64,000 nt of DNA from Pseudoprimorskyibacter sp. (GTDB lineage: Bacteria > Pseudomonadota > Alphaproteobacteria > Rhodobacterales > Rhodobacteraceae). The notes below the pieces were generated by a model. That model was given only the letters and a program-made list of their open reading frames with translations, was not told the DNA's origin and searched no databases. The first letter of the stretch is position 1; every line of letters starts with the position of its first letter. A program made the position numbers and the translations under genes. This document shows, piece after piece, positions 9,132-18,337 of this stretch. The DNA is taken from positions 11,724 to 75,723 of the forward strand of contig JAQXDR010000070.1 in the NCBI GenBank assembly GCA_029251265.1, given 5' to 3'.

Positions 9132-11402
9132 TTACCTTGCAGAATTGCCCCGTCCTGTGACTGAGCCCAAATATTCCATGACCGAAGCGCGAACGGATTG
9201 CTCGCCCCGATTGCGTGCGTTGTCAATCACGGCTTTTACCTCGGTCAGATTGCTTCGCATCAAAATGTTTTTGACAGGCCCGATCGAGGCAGGTCGCATC
9301 GACAGCGACCGCAAGCCTATGGCGGTCAGGCATAACGCTTCAATTGGCCGACCTGCGTCTTCGCCACAAAAACTCAGGTGTGTTCCCGTTTCGCGACACC
9401 GAGAGATAATGTCTTCAATAAAGGTAAGAAAACTCACGTTTAGGGTGTCGTAGCGACGTCTCACGCGTTCATTTTCACGGTCTGCTGCAAAAAAGAACTG
9501 CTTTAGATCATTGCCCCCGATGGACAAAAACTCAACTTCTGAAAAAAACCGACGCGATGCAAAGGCCAGTGCAGGCGTTTCAAGCATTGACCCGGTTGTA
9601 ATATTCTCGGGTAATAAATGCCCTAATTTTTTCTCGCGTTCGATCGCCTTGTCCATCTCGGCAATTCCAGCTGCATATTCGGAATATTGAGCAACAAAAG
9701 GAAACATGACGGACAACGGCCGCCCCTTTGCCGCACGTAACAGAGCTTGCAGCTGCATGCGCATGACCCCTGGCTTGTCCAGCCCGACACGAATGGCACG
9801 CCACCCAAGTGCGGGATTGGGTTCGTCAGCCGGTTTCATGTAAGGCAGGACTTTGTCCGACCCAATATCCAACGTACGAAACACAACCCGCTTGTCGCCT
9901 GCCGCATCCATGACCCGCGAATAGATATCCACCAGTTCGGTTCGCTTGGGCATCTTATTGCGGATAAGGAATTGAAGCTCGGTTCGAAAAAGTCCTACGC
10001 CTTCTGCACCAGAGCTTGCAAGAGACGGCAAATCTGCCATTAGGCCTGCGTTCATGTGCAGCTCAATCCTTTCTCCACAAGGGGTTACACAGGCCCGATC
10101 CCGAATGGACGCATAGCGCTGCTGGGCTTGTGCCTGCATGGCTATCTTGTCACGAAAGGCGGTGACCACTGTTTCATCGGGCCGCAAATGGGCGATCCCC
10201 TGATCGCCATCAATCATGACGTGGTCGCCATTCAAGGCTTCGTTGGTGATATTGCCGGTGTTGATCACAAGAGGAATGGCCAAAGCGCGTGCCACAATAG
10301 CCGCATGACTGCCGACGGATCCCTCTTCTAAAATGACGCCGCGCAACTTGCGGCCATACTCCAGTAGATCACCCGGTCCGATGTTGCGTGCTACAAGGAC
10401 CGGATCGTCGGGCATTTCGGCCCCTGTCTCGCGCCCCTGTCCAGTCAGGATCCGAAGAAGTCTGTTGGATAAATCATCCAGATCCTGCAGCCTTTCGCGC
10501 AAGTATGTATCCGCAACTGATTTCAAACGGGCTTTTGCTGCGGATTGTTCTTTCTCAACAGCAGCTTCTGCAGATAGGCCGTTGCTTATGTCTTCCTCCA
10601 TGCGGCGCATCCAGCCTTTGGAATTGGCAAACATCCTGTAAGCTTCGAGGACCTCAATTTGTTCTGCATCCTGCGTGTCGGCCAAGAGTTGGTCGACGCT
10701 GACCCGCAGGTCGTCAACAGCAGCTTGCAAACGCGCCATTTCGGTTTCCGGGTCATCAGTGACAAAATGGGTTACAACAACGCGTGGTTCATGCAGCCAG
10801 ATATGACCCTCTGCTGTGCCTTCTTGTCCAACACTTCCACGGAACATCACAGGTTGTGTGTGACGGGCCTTCAGCGCGGCCCCTTCGCCCACAAATGCGC
10901 CCAGCTCGGTCATTTCGGCCAAGACCATAGCCACAACCTCAAGCGCGTAGATCTCGTCTTGGGTAAAATCGCGGCTGTCTCTTGTTTGCACGACCAACAC
11001 ACCCAGTTTTTCGCCCAAGCGCTGGATTGGGACACCCAGAAAACTGGAATAAATCTCTTCGCCCGTTTCTGGCATATAACGGAACCCGGGTTCTGCGGGG
11101 GCCACTGGTGTGCTGACGACTTTGCCGTAGCGGGCGACCTGACCTACCAAACCTTCGCCCAAGCGCATACGCGTTTCATGCACGGCCCCGGCATTCAGGC
11201 CTTCTGTTGCGCAAAGCTCCAGCGTTTCGTCATCGCGAAACAGATAGATAGAACACACTTCGGTGCCCATGCTGTCAGCAGTCAAGTGGGTTATCCGGTC
11301 AAGACGCGCTTGCCCGGCTGCCTCTACCGCCATGGTATCGCGCAGTCTGCCCAAAAGCTTTCGGCTTTCGCTTTCGCGCGTTCTTTCCCGCCTGTCCGAC
11401 AT
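9132..11402 (-). CDS. ptsP: phosphoenolpyruvate-protein phosphotransferase PtsP (EI-Ntr, GAF domain)
   Basis: 756 aa with an N-terminal GAF region and the PEP-utilising enzyme domains (GSHAAIVARALAIPLV; C-terminal IGGNDLKQF). Confidence 0.9.
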   Translation of the reverse strand: MSDRRERTRESESRKLLGRLRDTMAVEAAGQARLDRITHLTADSMGTEVCSIYLFRDDETLELCATEGLNAGAVHETRMRLGEGLVGQVARYGKVVSTPVAPAEPGFRYMPETGEEIYSSFLGVPIQRLGEKLGVLVVQTRDSRDFTQDEIYALEVVAMVLAEMTELGAFVGEGAALKARHTQPVMFRGSVGQEGTAEGHIWLHEPRVVVTHFVTDDPETEMARLQAAVDDLRVSVDQLLADTQDAEQIEVLEAYRMFANSKGWMRRMEEDISNGLSAEAAVEKEQSAAKARLKSVADTYLRERLQDLDDLSNRLLRILTGQGRETGAEMPDDPVLVARNIGPGDLLEYGRKLRGVILEEGSVGSHAAIVARALAIPLVINTGNITNEALNGDHVMIDGDQGIAHLRPDETVVTAFRDKIAMQAQAQQRYASIRDRACVTPCGERIELHMNAGLMADLPSLASSGAEGVGLFRTELQFLIRNKMPKRTELVDIYSRVMDAAGDKRVVFRTLDIGSDKVLPYMKPADEPNPALGWRAIRVGLDKPGVMRMQLQALLRAAKGRPLSVMFPFVAQYSEYAAGIAEMDKAIEREKKLGHLLPENITTGSMLETPALAFASRRFFSEVEFLSIGGNDLKQFFFAADRENERVRRRYDTLNVSFLTFIEDIISRCRETGTHLSFCGEDAGRPIEALCLTAIGLRSLSMRPASIGPVKNILMRSNLTEVKAVIDNARNRGEQSVRASVMEYLGSVTGRGNSAR

Positions 11403-11702
11403 CGTCTTGGCGGCCTCCCTTTTGCTTGCACTCAGCTATAAGCCAAGTGCGACAAAAGGAAAACGGGAATACACTTTGGGATCGGTTGCAAGCTGCAATC
11501 AAACCAAAAAATAAGCGTATTTCCTAAATTGAGTGTAATTTTCCACCTTTTGAGACCGCTCTGACCTGTGCAACGGCAGCGATCGGGCGTCTGTTTGTGG
11601 AATCCGTTTTGCAAAAACCAGCGCTGAGCGGTACGCAATGGACCGCATTTCGTTTGCGCAGTGGTCAAAGTTGATGTCGCGGCCCACCGTTTGGCGAGTT
11701 TT

Positions 11703-12941
11703 TCAGCCGAGCTTTTCCAGCTCAAATGCGTCATGCAGCGATTGCACAGCCAGCTCCATATATTTGCGATCTACCAAAACGGAAATTTTGATTTCTGATG
11801 TGGCGATGACCTTAATGTTGATACCTTCATTCGACAGGGTTTCGAACATTTTGGCCGCAACGCCAGATTGACTGCGCATTCCGATCCCGACGGCCGATAT
11901 TTTTGCAACATCTGTGTCCGCGACCAACCCGCGAAAGTTCAGTTCTCCGCGATCTTTGGCAGCATTCAAAGCAGTTTCAGCTCGCAGAACCTGATCGGTT
12001 GGGCAGCTGAATGTCATGTCGGTACGACCATCATCGGCAATATTCTGGATAATCATATCCACATTTACGCTGGCCTCTGCCAAGGGGCCGAAAATTGCCG
12101 CTGCAATGCCCGGGCGATCTGCGACGGATACCAAAGTCATTTTGGCCTCGTCGCGGCTATAGGCGATACCAGATACGGGTCGATTTTCCATAACGTCCTC
12201 CTCGTCGCAGACCAGTGTGCCGGCCTCGTCGGATTGTTCTTCAAAGCTTGATAATACGCGCAATCGCACCTTGTAGCGCATTGCCAGTTCGACCGAGCGG
12301 GTCTGCAAAACCTTGGCACCAAGGCTGGCCAGCTCCAGCATTTCTTCAAATGCGATCCGATCCAGTTTGCGGGCTTTGTCTGCTATTCTTGGGTCAGTGG
12401 TGTAAATGCCGTCCACATCGGTGTAAATATCACAGCGTTCGGCGTTAAAAGCGGCAGCAAATGCAACCGCGGTTGTGTCCGACCCACCGCGGCCAAGCGT
12501 TGTGATCCGGCCCTCTGAACTCACACCCTGGAACCCGGCTACAACAGCAACGCGCATCCCCTCGTCGAATTTGCCAAGCAGATTGTCAGTCGGGATGGCT
12601 TCTATGCGGGCAGAGGCGTGGGCGGCGGTGGTCTGGACCGGGACTTGCCATCCTTGCCAACTGCGTGCGGGTACATCCATTTCCTGCAACGTCAATGCCA
12701 TCAGGCCTGCCGTTACGTTTTCGCCAGAGCTGACGACCGCGTCATATTCGCGGGCATCGTACAACGGGGATGTCTCGCCCACCCAATTTACCAGTTCGTT
12801 TGTTTTGCCAGACATCGCTGACACGATGACGATGACGTCATAGCCTTTGGCGACTTCGACCCCTACGCGTTTGGTGGCGCGTCTGATACGATCCAACGTG
12901 GCAACCGAAGTGCCGCCGAACTTCATCACAAGAATGGGCAT
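11703..12941 (-). CDS. lysC: aspartate kinase
   Basis: 412 aa. It has the MKFGGTSV N-terminus and tandem C-terminal ACT domains. Confidence 0.95.
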   Translation of the reverse strand: MPILVMKFGGTSVATLDRIRRATKRVGVEVAKGYDVIVIVSAMSGKTNELVNWVGETSPLYDAREYDAVVSSGENVTAGLMALTLQEMDVPARSWQGWQVPVQTTAAHASARIEAIPTDNLLGKFDEGMRVAVVAGFQGVSSEGRITTLGRGGSDTTAVAFAAAFNAERCDIYTDVDGIYTTDPRIADKARKLDRIAFEEMLELASLGAKVLQTRSVELAMRYKVRLRVLSSFEEQSDEAGTLVCDEEDVMENRPVSGIAYSRDEAKMTLVSVADRPGIAAAIFGPLAEASVNVDMIIQNIADDGRTDMTFSCPTDQVLRAETALNAAKDRGELNFRGLVADTDVAKISAVGIGMRSQSGVAAKMFETLSNEGINIKVIATSEIKISVLVDRKYMELAVQSLHDAFELEKLG

Positions 12942-13033
12942 TGTACGTCCTGAATCCTTTTACCCCTGCTCTGGTCGAACTGGGAATATGATACCCAGCC
13001 TTCGGGTGCAAGGCGTGGGCGGCTCAGGTCCGT

Positions 13034-13678
13034 TTAGTAGACATGATCCCGACCATCCCAGGTTTGAAAACACCCAGTGTTCGCAAGCGACAGATTGTCG
13101 AACCTTTCAAGCAATCCCTGTGCTGACTGCGTGGCGTCTATATCAGCCGTGCCGCCGCCCATATCCGTCTGCACCCATCCCGGATGATAAACACCGACGG
13201 CGATGCCGAGACCAGACAAATCAGAGGCAAGGTTGCGCCCCAAATTCAAAACAGCTGCCTTGGAAGCCCTATAGATATAACTGCCGCCCGGTGCATTCGT
13301 ATGTGATGCCATCTGACTGCCGATGATTGCAATTTTGGCGGTGTCCGGTATTTGTAGATTTGGTAGTAGCGACTGAATCGTTAAAAAAACGCCGGTCACA
13401 TTCGCGGCAAAGGTTGCGGCCCAAAGATCGCTGCCATACCCGTCCGCGAGATTTTGCCCTTTATCAAGATAAATACCCGCATTGCACACAAGCAGATCGA
13501 GAGGCTGACTGTCCAATTTTGTAGCCAGATCAGATTGGCTTTCTGGATCTGTGACATCCAGCGCATAGCCGGCACTACCGTCACGGGACGTGCTGATAAC
13601 ATGATCCCCACGGCCCATCATCTGCGTCCGCATCGCGGCACCGATACCGCGATTCGCACCTGTAATAAGGACGTTCAT
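13034..13678 (-). CDS. short-chain dehydrogenase/reductase (SDR)
   Basis: Start trimmed to MNVLITGANRGIG (TGxxxGIG NAD(P) motif). The YRASK catalytic motif is present. Its ATG overlaps the upstream gene's stop codon by 1 nt (TGATG). Confidence 0.85.
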   Translation of the reverse strand: MNVLITGANRGIGAAMRTQMMGRGDHVISTSRDGSAGYALDVTDPESQSDLATKLDSQPLDLLVCNAGIYLDKGQNLADGYGSDLWAATFAANVTGVFLTIQSLLPNLQIPDTAKIAIIGSQMASHTNAPGGSYIYRASKAAVLNLGRNLASDLSGLGIAVGVYHPGWVQTDMGGGTADIDATQSAQGLLERFDNLSLANTGCFQTWDGRDHVY

Positions 13679-14091
13679 CAGTTCGCTTTCCGTGTTGGTG
13701 TAAATGGAAGAGCGGCGATCGGAATTCCGTCGTCGATCAACTTCTTGGCATCTTCTTGCTTGGCTTCGCCACGTATCCAACGTTCGGGGCTGGTCCCTTC
13801 ATGGATCGCGCGCGCCTCTTCGGCGAAACGTGTGCCGACGTCTTCGGAATTGGCTTCGACATGGGTGCGAATTTTTGCCAATGCGGCTTCGGATTCAGAC
13901 ACAGGTTGGCTTAGTGGGGCTGTGTCGCGTGTGCTGACTGATGGCGCCATCATCGCCTTTTCTACCTTGGTTTCACCACACACCGAACACACGACCAGTC
14001 CGGCAGCCTGCAACTTATCAAACGCCGCTGCGGACTTAAACCAGCTGTCAAAGCTATGACCTTTGGCACATTTCAGCGTAAATTGAATCAT
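13678..14091 (-). CDS. DUF1178 family zinc-ribbon protein
   Basis: 137 aa. The N-terminus MIQFTLKCAKGHSFDSWFKS...CSVCG is typical of DUF1178. Confidence 0.8.
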   Translation of the reverse strand: MIQFTLKCAKGHSFDSWFKSAAAFDKLQAAGLVVCSVCGETKVEKAMMAPSVSTRDTAPLSQPVSESEAALAKIRTHVEANSEDVGTRFAEEARAIHEGTSPERWIRGEAKQEDAKKLIDDGIPIAALPFTPTRKAN

Positions 14092-14338
14092 TTAGTCCCC
14101 ACAATCCGAACGCTCTGCATAGCCCTATTATCTGCGCAGCCTATGATTAATATCAAGACCCGCCATGTCGCAAGCCGCGCTTGGGTGACCCTTGTGAGAT
14201 CAAACCATCACCAGCTTAGCGTTTGCCTCCGTCTGAGGGGGGTGGCTAAGCTGTTAGCAACATCGCAGCGTGTCATGGTCTTTTCTGCATGATACGGGCG
14301 CTCTTGACCTGACGGCGCCACGACAGTAACCACCTCAT

Positions 14339-14390
14339 GTGGCGATTTGTTACCGGATTGTGGGCCACGTTAAACATGCCGCTAAAAGGT
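14339..14390 (+). promoter_or_regulatory. probable SAM-II (metA-type) riboswitch in the metZ leader
   Basis: GUGGC GAUUUGUUACCGGAUUGUGG GCCAC GUUAAACAUGCCGCUAAAAGG: a P1 helix GUGGC/GCCAC, a GAUUU loop start and a 3' GCUAAAA tail, as in alphaproteobacterial SAM-II elements. It is followed by an imperfect hairpin and a U7 run at 14427-14433, about 30 nt before the metZ ATG. Confidence 0.5.
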
Positions 14391-14462
14391 CAGCCGAAAG
14401 CCCCCTTTCGCTTGGCCGGAACGGGGTTTTTTTGTGGGCTGGAATGCCTTGGGAGATGGGAA

Positions 14463-15644
14463 ATGATCAAAAGGCACAAACGCACAAATCTGGTCCATGG
14501 TGGCACGCGGCGCAGCCAGTGGGGTGAATTGAGCGAAGCGATTTTTCTGACCCAGGGGTTCGCATATGACAGTGCCGAGGCCGCCGAGCAGCGGTTTATC
14601 GAGGCAGGGCCCGACGAATATATTTACGCACGTTACGGAAACCCCACGGTCGCAATGTTCGAAGAGCGTATCGCTCTGCTGGAAGGGGCCGAGGCCGGGT
14701 TTGCAACGGCATCTGGAATGGCTGCGGTAAACGGCGCGCTGATGTCTATGCTCAAAGCTGGAGACCACGTCGTTGCTGCGCGCGCCCTTTTCGGATCCTG
14801 CTTGTATATACTTGAAAATATTTTGCCGCAGTTTGGGGTAGAGGTCAGTTTTGTTGATGGGGCCGATTTGGATCAATGGCGCGCGGCCGTGCGGCCTGAT
14901 ACATCGGCAGTTTTCTTTGAGAGCATGTCTAATCCCACGCTTGAGCTGGTGGATATTGCGGCGGTTTCGCAGATCGCCCACGCGCATGATGCTGTGGTGA
15001 TTGTTGACAATGTCTTTTCCACGCCAATCTACAGCGATGCAATCGCGCAGGGTGCAGATGTGGTGGTGTATTCTGCAACCAAACATATTGATGGACAGGG
15101 ACGCGCCCTTGGGGGCGTGATTCTCGGAACCCAGACTCAGATACGAAAAGTGGTTGAACCCTACATGAAGCACACAGGTGGGGCGATGAGCCCCTTTACT
15201 GCGTGGCTTTTGCTTAAGGGATTAGAGACCATGGATCTGCGTGTACGCGCACAAACAGCAAGTGCGGGCCAGATTGCAGATGCCCTTGTTGGAACACCCG
15301 GTATCGCAAATGTGTGCTATCCAGGACGCGCCGATCATCCACAATATGAACTGGCCATGCGGCAGCTGGGGGCTGGTGGTACGGTAGTGTCATTTGCGCT
15401 TGAAAACGGCAAAAAGGCAGCTTTCGACTTTATGAACAAATTGGATATAATATTGATATCCAACAATTTGGGGGACGCTAAATCGATTGCGACGCATCCC
15501 GCCACCACAACGCATCAGCGTTTGAGTGCTGAGCAAAGAAACATTTTGGGAATCTGCGATGGATTGATCCGTTTATCCGTGGGCTTGGAAGACCCAGCAG
15601 ATTTGATTGAAGACCTGAAAACAGCTCTCTTGACTGCCGCTTAG
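14463..15644 (+). CDS. metZ: O-succinylhomoserine sulfhydrylase
   Basis: Cys/Met-metabolism PLP enzyme with the SATKHIDGQGR lysine motif. Start trimmed to MIKRHKRTNLVHGG, preceded by GGGAGA. Confidence 0.85.
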   Translation: MIKRHKRTNLVHGGTRRSQWGELSEAIFLTQGFAYDSAEAAEQRFIEAGPDEYIYARYGNPTVAMFEERIALLEGAEAGFATASGMAAVNGALMSMLKAGDHVVAARALFGSCLYILENILPQFGVEVSFVDGADLDQWRAAVRPDTSAVFFESMSNPTLELVDIAAVSQIAHAHDAVVIVDNVFSTPIYSDAIAQGADVVVYSATKHIDGQGRALGGVILGTQTQIRKVVEPYMKHTGGAMSPFTAWLLLKGLETMDLRVRAQTASAGQIADALVGTPGIANVCYPGRADHPQYELAMRQLGAGGTVVSFALENGKKAAFDFMNKLDIILISNNLGDAKSIATHPATTTHQRLSAEQRNILGICDGLIRLSVGLEDPADLIEDLKTALLTAA

Positions 15645-15747
15645 GTTGTTTTGAGAAATCGTCAAGGTTTGGCGCTGCAACTATTAAATTGGCAATTTGC
15701 GTGAGAGTGCCTAGTTTATTCAGGTGTCGGACGAGAGGGCACCAAAC

Positions 15748-16842
15748 ATGAACCGTTATACGCCGAATATACAAAGCGCTCCAAACCAGGATGAAGTCCG
15801 GGAGGCCTTGGATGTGCTAAAGACTTGGGCGCGCACCGCGCACGATGATGAAATTGCTGCAATGGATCCGGGGCTCGCTGGCATGCTGGATCCGGCGAAG
15901 GCCTACCCGGAGCTAGCACGCGATTACCCTGAGAGTTTCAGTGTGGATCCAGCGTACAAATCGAGCCTGCCTGATTTGCAAAATGGTCCGGCCTCTTTGA
16001 TCCGTGGCGCCAACCGCCCAATCCAACATGTCGGGATCTCAAACTTCCGCCTTCCATTGCGGTATCACACCCGTGACAACGGCGATCTGACGCTTGAAAC
16101 CAGTGTGACGGGAACAGTTAGTCTTGATGCGGACAAAAAAGGCATCAACATGTCGCGGATCATGCGGTCCTTCTATCGGCATGCGGATGAACAATTCAGC
16201 TTTGAGGTCATCGAGGCAACGTTGGATGATTACAAGGCTGATCTGGAAAGTCTGGACGCCCGGATCGGCTTGCGGTTTTCTTTTCCGGTAAAGGTGAACA
16301 GCCTTCGCTCGGGTTTGGCCGGATATCAATACTACGATATCATGCTGGAATTGTTTGAGCGCGAGGGCGTCCGATATCAGATCATGCATCTTGATTACGT
16401 CTATAGCTCGACCTGCCCCTGTTCGCTGGAGCTATCAGAACATGCCCGCAGGACGCGGGGGCAGTTGGCGACGCCCCATTCCCAGCGGTCGGTCGCGCGG
16501 TTGTCGGTCCAAGTGTTGCATGGTGAAACGCTGTGGTTCGAAGATTTGATCGACATTTGTCGCACCGCCGTTCCGACCGAGACACAGGTGATGGTCAAAC
16601 GAGAAGACGAACAAGCCTTTGCCGAGCTGAATGCCGCTAACCCGATCTTTGTCGAAGATGCCGCGCGTCTGTTCGCATCGGGTCTGGAAAAAGACGCGCG
16701 GATCGGTGATTTTCGTGTGGTGGCCAGCCATCAGGAAAGCCTTCACAGCCATGATGCGGTGTCGGTGCTGACCCAAGGCGATACTTTTGCAGCAGACAGC
16801 ATTGATCCGCGTGGCTTTGCGTCTTTGATACACGTCGGCTAA
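15748..16842 (+). CDS. folE2: GTP cyclohydrolase FolE2 (type IB)
   Basis: VGISNFRLPLRY and KGINMSRIMR motifs. The ATG at 15748 has a GAGAGGG RBS; a GTG at 15724 is the alternative start. Confidence 0.8.
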   Translation: MNRYTPNIQSAPNQDEVREALDVLKTWARTAHDDEIAAMDPGLAGMLDPAKAYPELARDYPESFSVDPAYKSSLPDLQNGPASLIRGANRPIQHVGISNFRLPLRYHTRDNGDLTLETSVTGTVSLDADKKGINMSRIMRSFYRHADEQFSFEVIEATLDDYKADLESLDARIGLRFSFPVKVNSLRSGLAGYQYYDIMLELFEREGVRYQIMHLDYVYSSTCPCSLELSEHARRTRGQLATPHSQRSVARLSVQVLHGETLWFEDLIDICRTAVPTETQVMVKREDEQAFAELNAANPIFVEDAARLFASGLEKDARIGDFRVVASHQESLHSHDAVSVLTQGDTFAADSIDPRGFASLIHVG

Positions 16843-16888
16843 CGACGGCTGCTTGACACCGACGGAGCATGCGGCCAACCCTTTGGTT

Positions 16889-18334
16889 ATGTTTGACGTA
16901 CGTCCAGTTGGGTATGTGATAGGGTGGATGGTGATTGCGCTTGGCGTCGCCATGCTCCCGCCGTTTTTAGTCGACTTTTTCAATGACAACAGTCCTTGGG
17001 TCTTTTTGGAAAGCGCAGCCGTTACCATTTTGATCGGGGGGTTTACTGTTTTGGCAACAGCGAACGGTGTCACCTCTCGGCTGTCCATCCAGCAGACCTT
17101 TTTGCTGACGACAGGTGTCTGGGTTGTTTTACCAGTTTTTGGAGCTGTTCCGTTCGTGCTCGGCGCGACCGATTCATCCTATACCGATGGTTTTTTCGAG
17201 GCCATGTCCGGATTGACCACAACAGGGTCGACCGTCTTTTCCGGTTTGGATCAACTGCCTCAGGGCCTGCTTCTCTGGCGCGGCTTGCTTCAATGGATTG
17301 GAGGTATCGGAATCATCGTGGTTGCCATGGTGTTCCTGCCTGAATTACGGGTTGGTGGCATGCAGGTCTTCAGAACAGAAGGCTTTGACACCATGGGTAA
17401 AATTTTGCCACGGGCCACGCAAATCTCGTCTTCTATCTCCTCAATATACCTAGGACTGACGCTGGCTTGTATGCTTGCATACGGTCTTACAGGGATGTCG
17501 TGGTTCGAGGCGACAGTCCATGCTTTGACCACAGTATCAACTGGGGGGTTTGGAACATCGGATACATCGTTTGCGACCTATTCAGGTGCCACACAATATG
17601 TGGCTGTCGTTTTTATGATCCTCGCCGCTTTGCCTTTTGTACGCTATGTCCAGATGATAGCAGGGGACAGGCTCGCGATCACACGAGACGCGCAATCAAG
17701 GGCTTTTGTAATCACCATTTTAGTATTGGTCGCGCTTGCATCATTGGCACTTTGGAACACTTTGGACCACGGCGTTGAACAAGCGTTTCGTGAATCACTT
17801 TTTAACATCACCTCCATTATTTCAGGCACTGGCTATGCAAGCGCTGATTACATGGCGTGGGGACCGTTTCTGGTGGCTGTGTTCTTTTTTATCGGTTTGA
17901 TCGGGGGATGCGCGGGGTCTACTGCGTGTTCGGTCAAGATTTTTCGATATCAAATCCTGTTTGCATCTGTGAAGCTTCAATTGCAGCGCATTCGCTCGCC
18001 TCATGGTGTCTTTGTGCCACGCTTCGAAGGCCGACGGATCGGCGAAGATGTCTTATCCTCGGTCATGTCATTTTTTGTCTTTTTTGTTGTAACCTTGGGT
18101 TTGTTCACTGTTGCACTGGCGCTGACGGGGCTGGATTTCATAACATCGCTCAGTGGCGCTGCTGCGGCATTGGGAAATATTGGTCCTGGGCTTGGTGATG
18201 AAATCGGTCCTTCGGGAAATTTTGGTGGTTTGAATGATACTGCAAAGTGGCTTTTGTCAGCAGCTATGTTATTGGGGCGGCTAGAGCTTTTGGCTGTTTT
18301 TGCCATTTTCACGATCAAATTTTGGAGAGACTAG
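16889..18334 (+). CDS. trkH: TrkH-family potassium uptake protein
   Basis: Polytopic protein with repeated TTTG/STGG selectivity-filter-like motifs. Start trimmed to the conserved MFDVRPVGYVIG. Confidence 0.85.
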   Translation: MFDVRPVGYVIGWMVIALGVAMLPPFLVDFFNDNSPWVFLESAAVTILIGGFTVLATANGVTSRLSIQQTFLLTTGVWVVLPVFGAVPFVLGATDSSYTDGFFEAMSGLTTTGSTVFSGLDQLPQGLLLWRGLLQWIGGIGIIVVAMVFLPELRVGGMQVFRTEGFDTMGKILPRATQISSSISSIYLGLTLACMLAYGLTGMSWFEATVHALTTVSTGGFGTSDTSFATYSGATQYVAVVFMILAALPFVRYVQMIAGDRLAITRDAQSRAFVITILVLVALASLALWNTLDHGVEQAFRESLFNITSIISGTGYASADYMAWGPFLVAVFFFIGLIGGCAGSTACSVKIFRYQILFASVKLQLQRIRSPHGVFVPRFEGRRIGEDVLSSVMSFFVFFVVTLGLFTVALALTGLDFITSLSGAAAALGNIGPGLGDEIGPSGNFGGLNDTAKWLLSAAMLLGRLELLAVFAIFTIKFWRD

Positions 18335-18337
18335 ATC

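Noticed and set aside
10659-11441. 260-aa plus-strand ORF. Similar long ORFs occur at 21182..22174, 23697..24464, 47391..48083, 14382..15173, 18374..19189, 16435..17088, 43751..44473 and 30416..31141.
   Set aside because: Each lies entirely antisense to a gene with strong family motifs (ptsP, argD, valS, ftsK, metZ, the TPP enzyme, folE2/trkH, the amidase, metG). Their sequences are low-complexity and Arg/Gly/Pro-rich, as expected for shadow ORFs in G+C-rich DNA.
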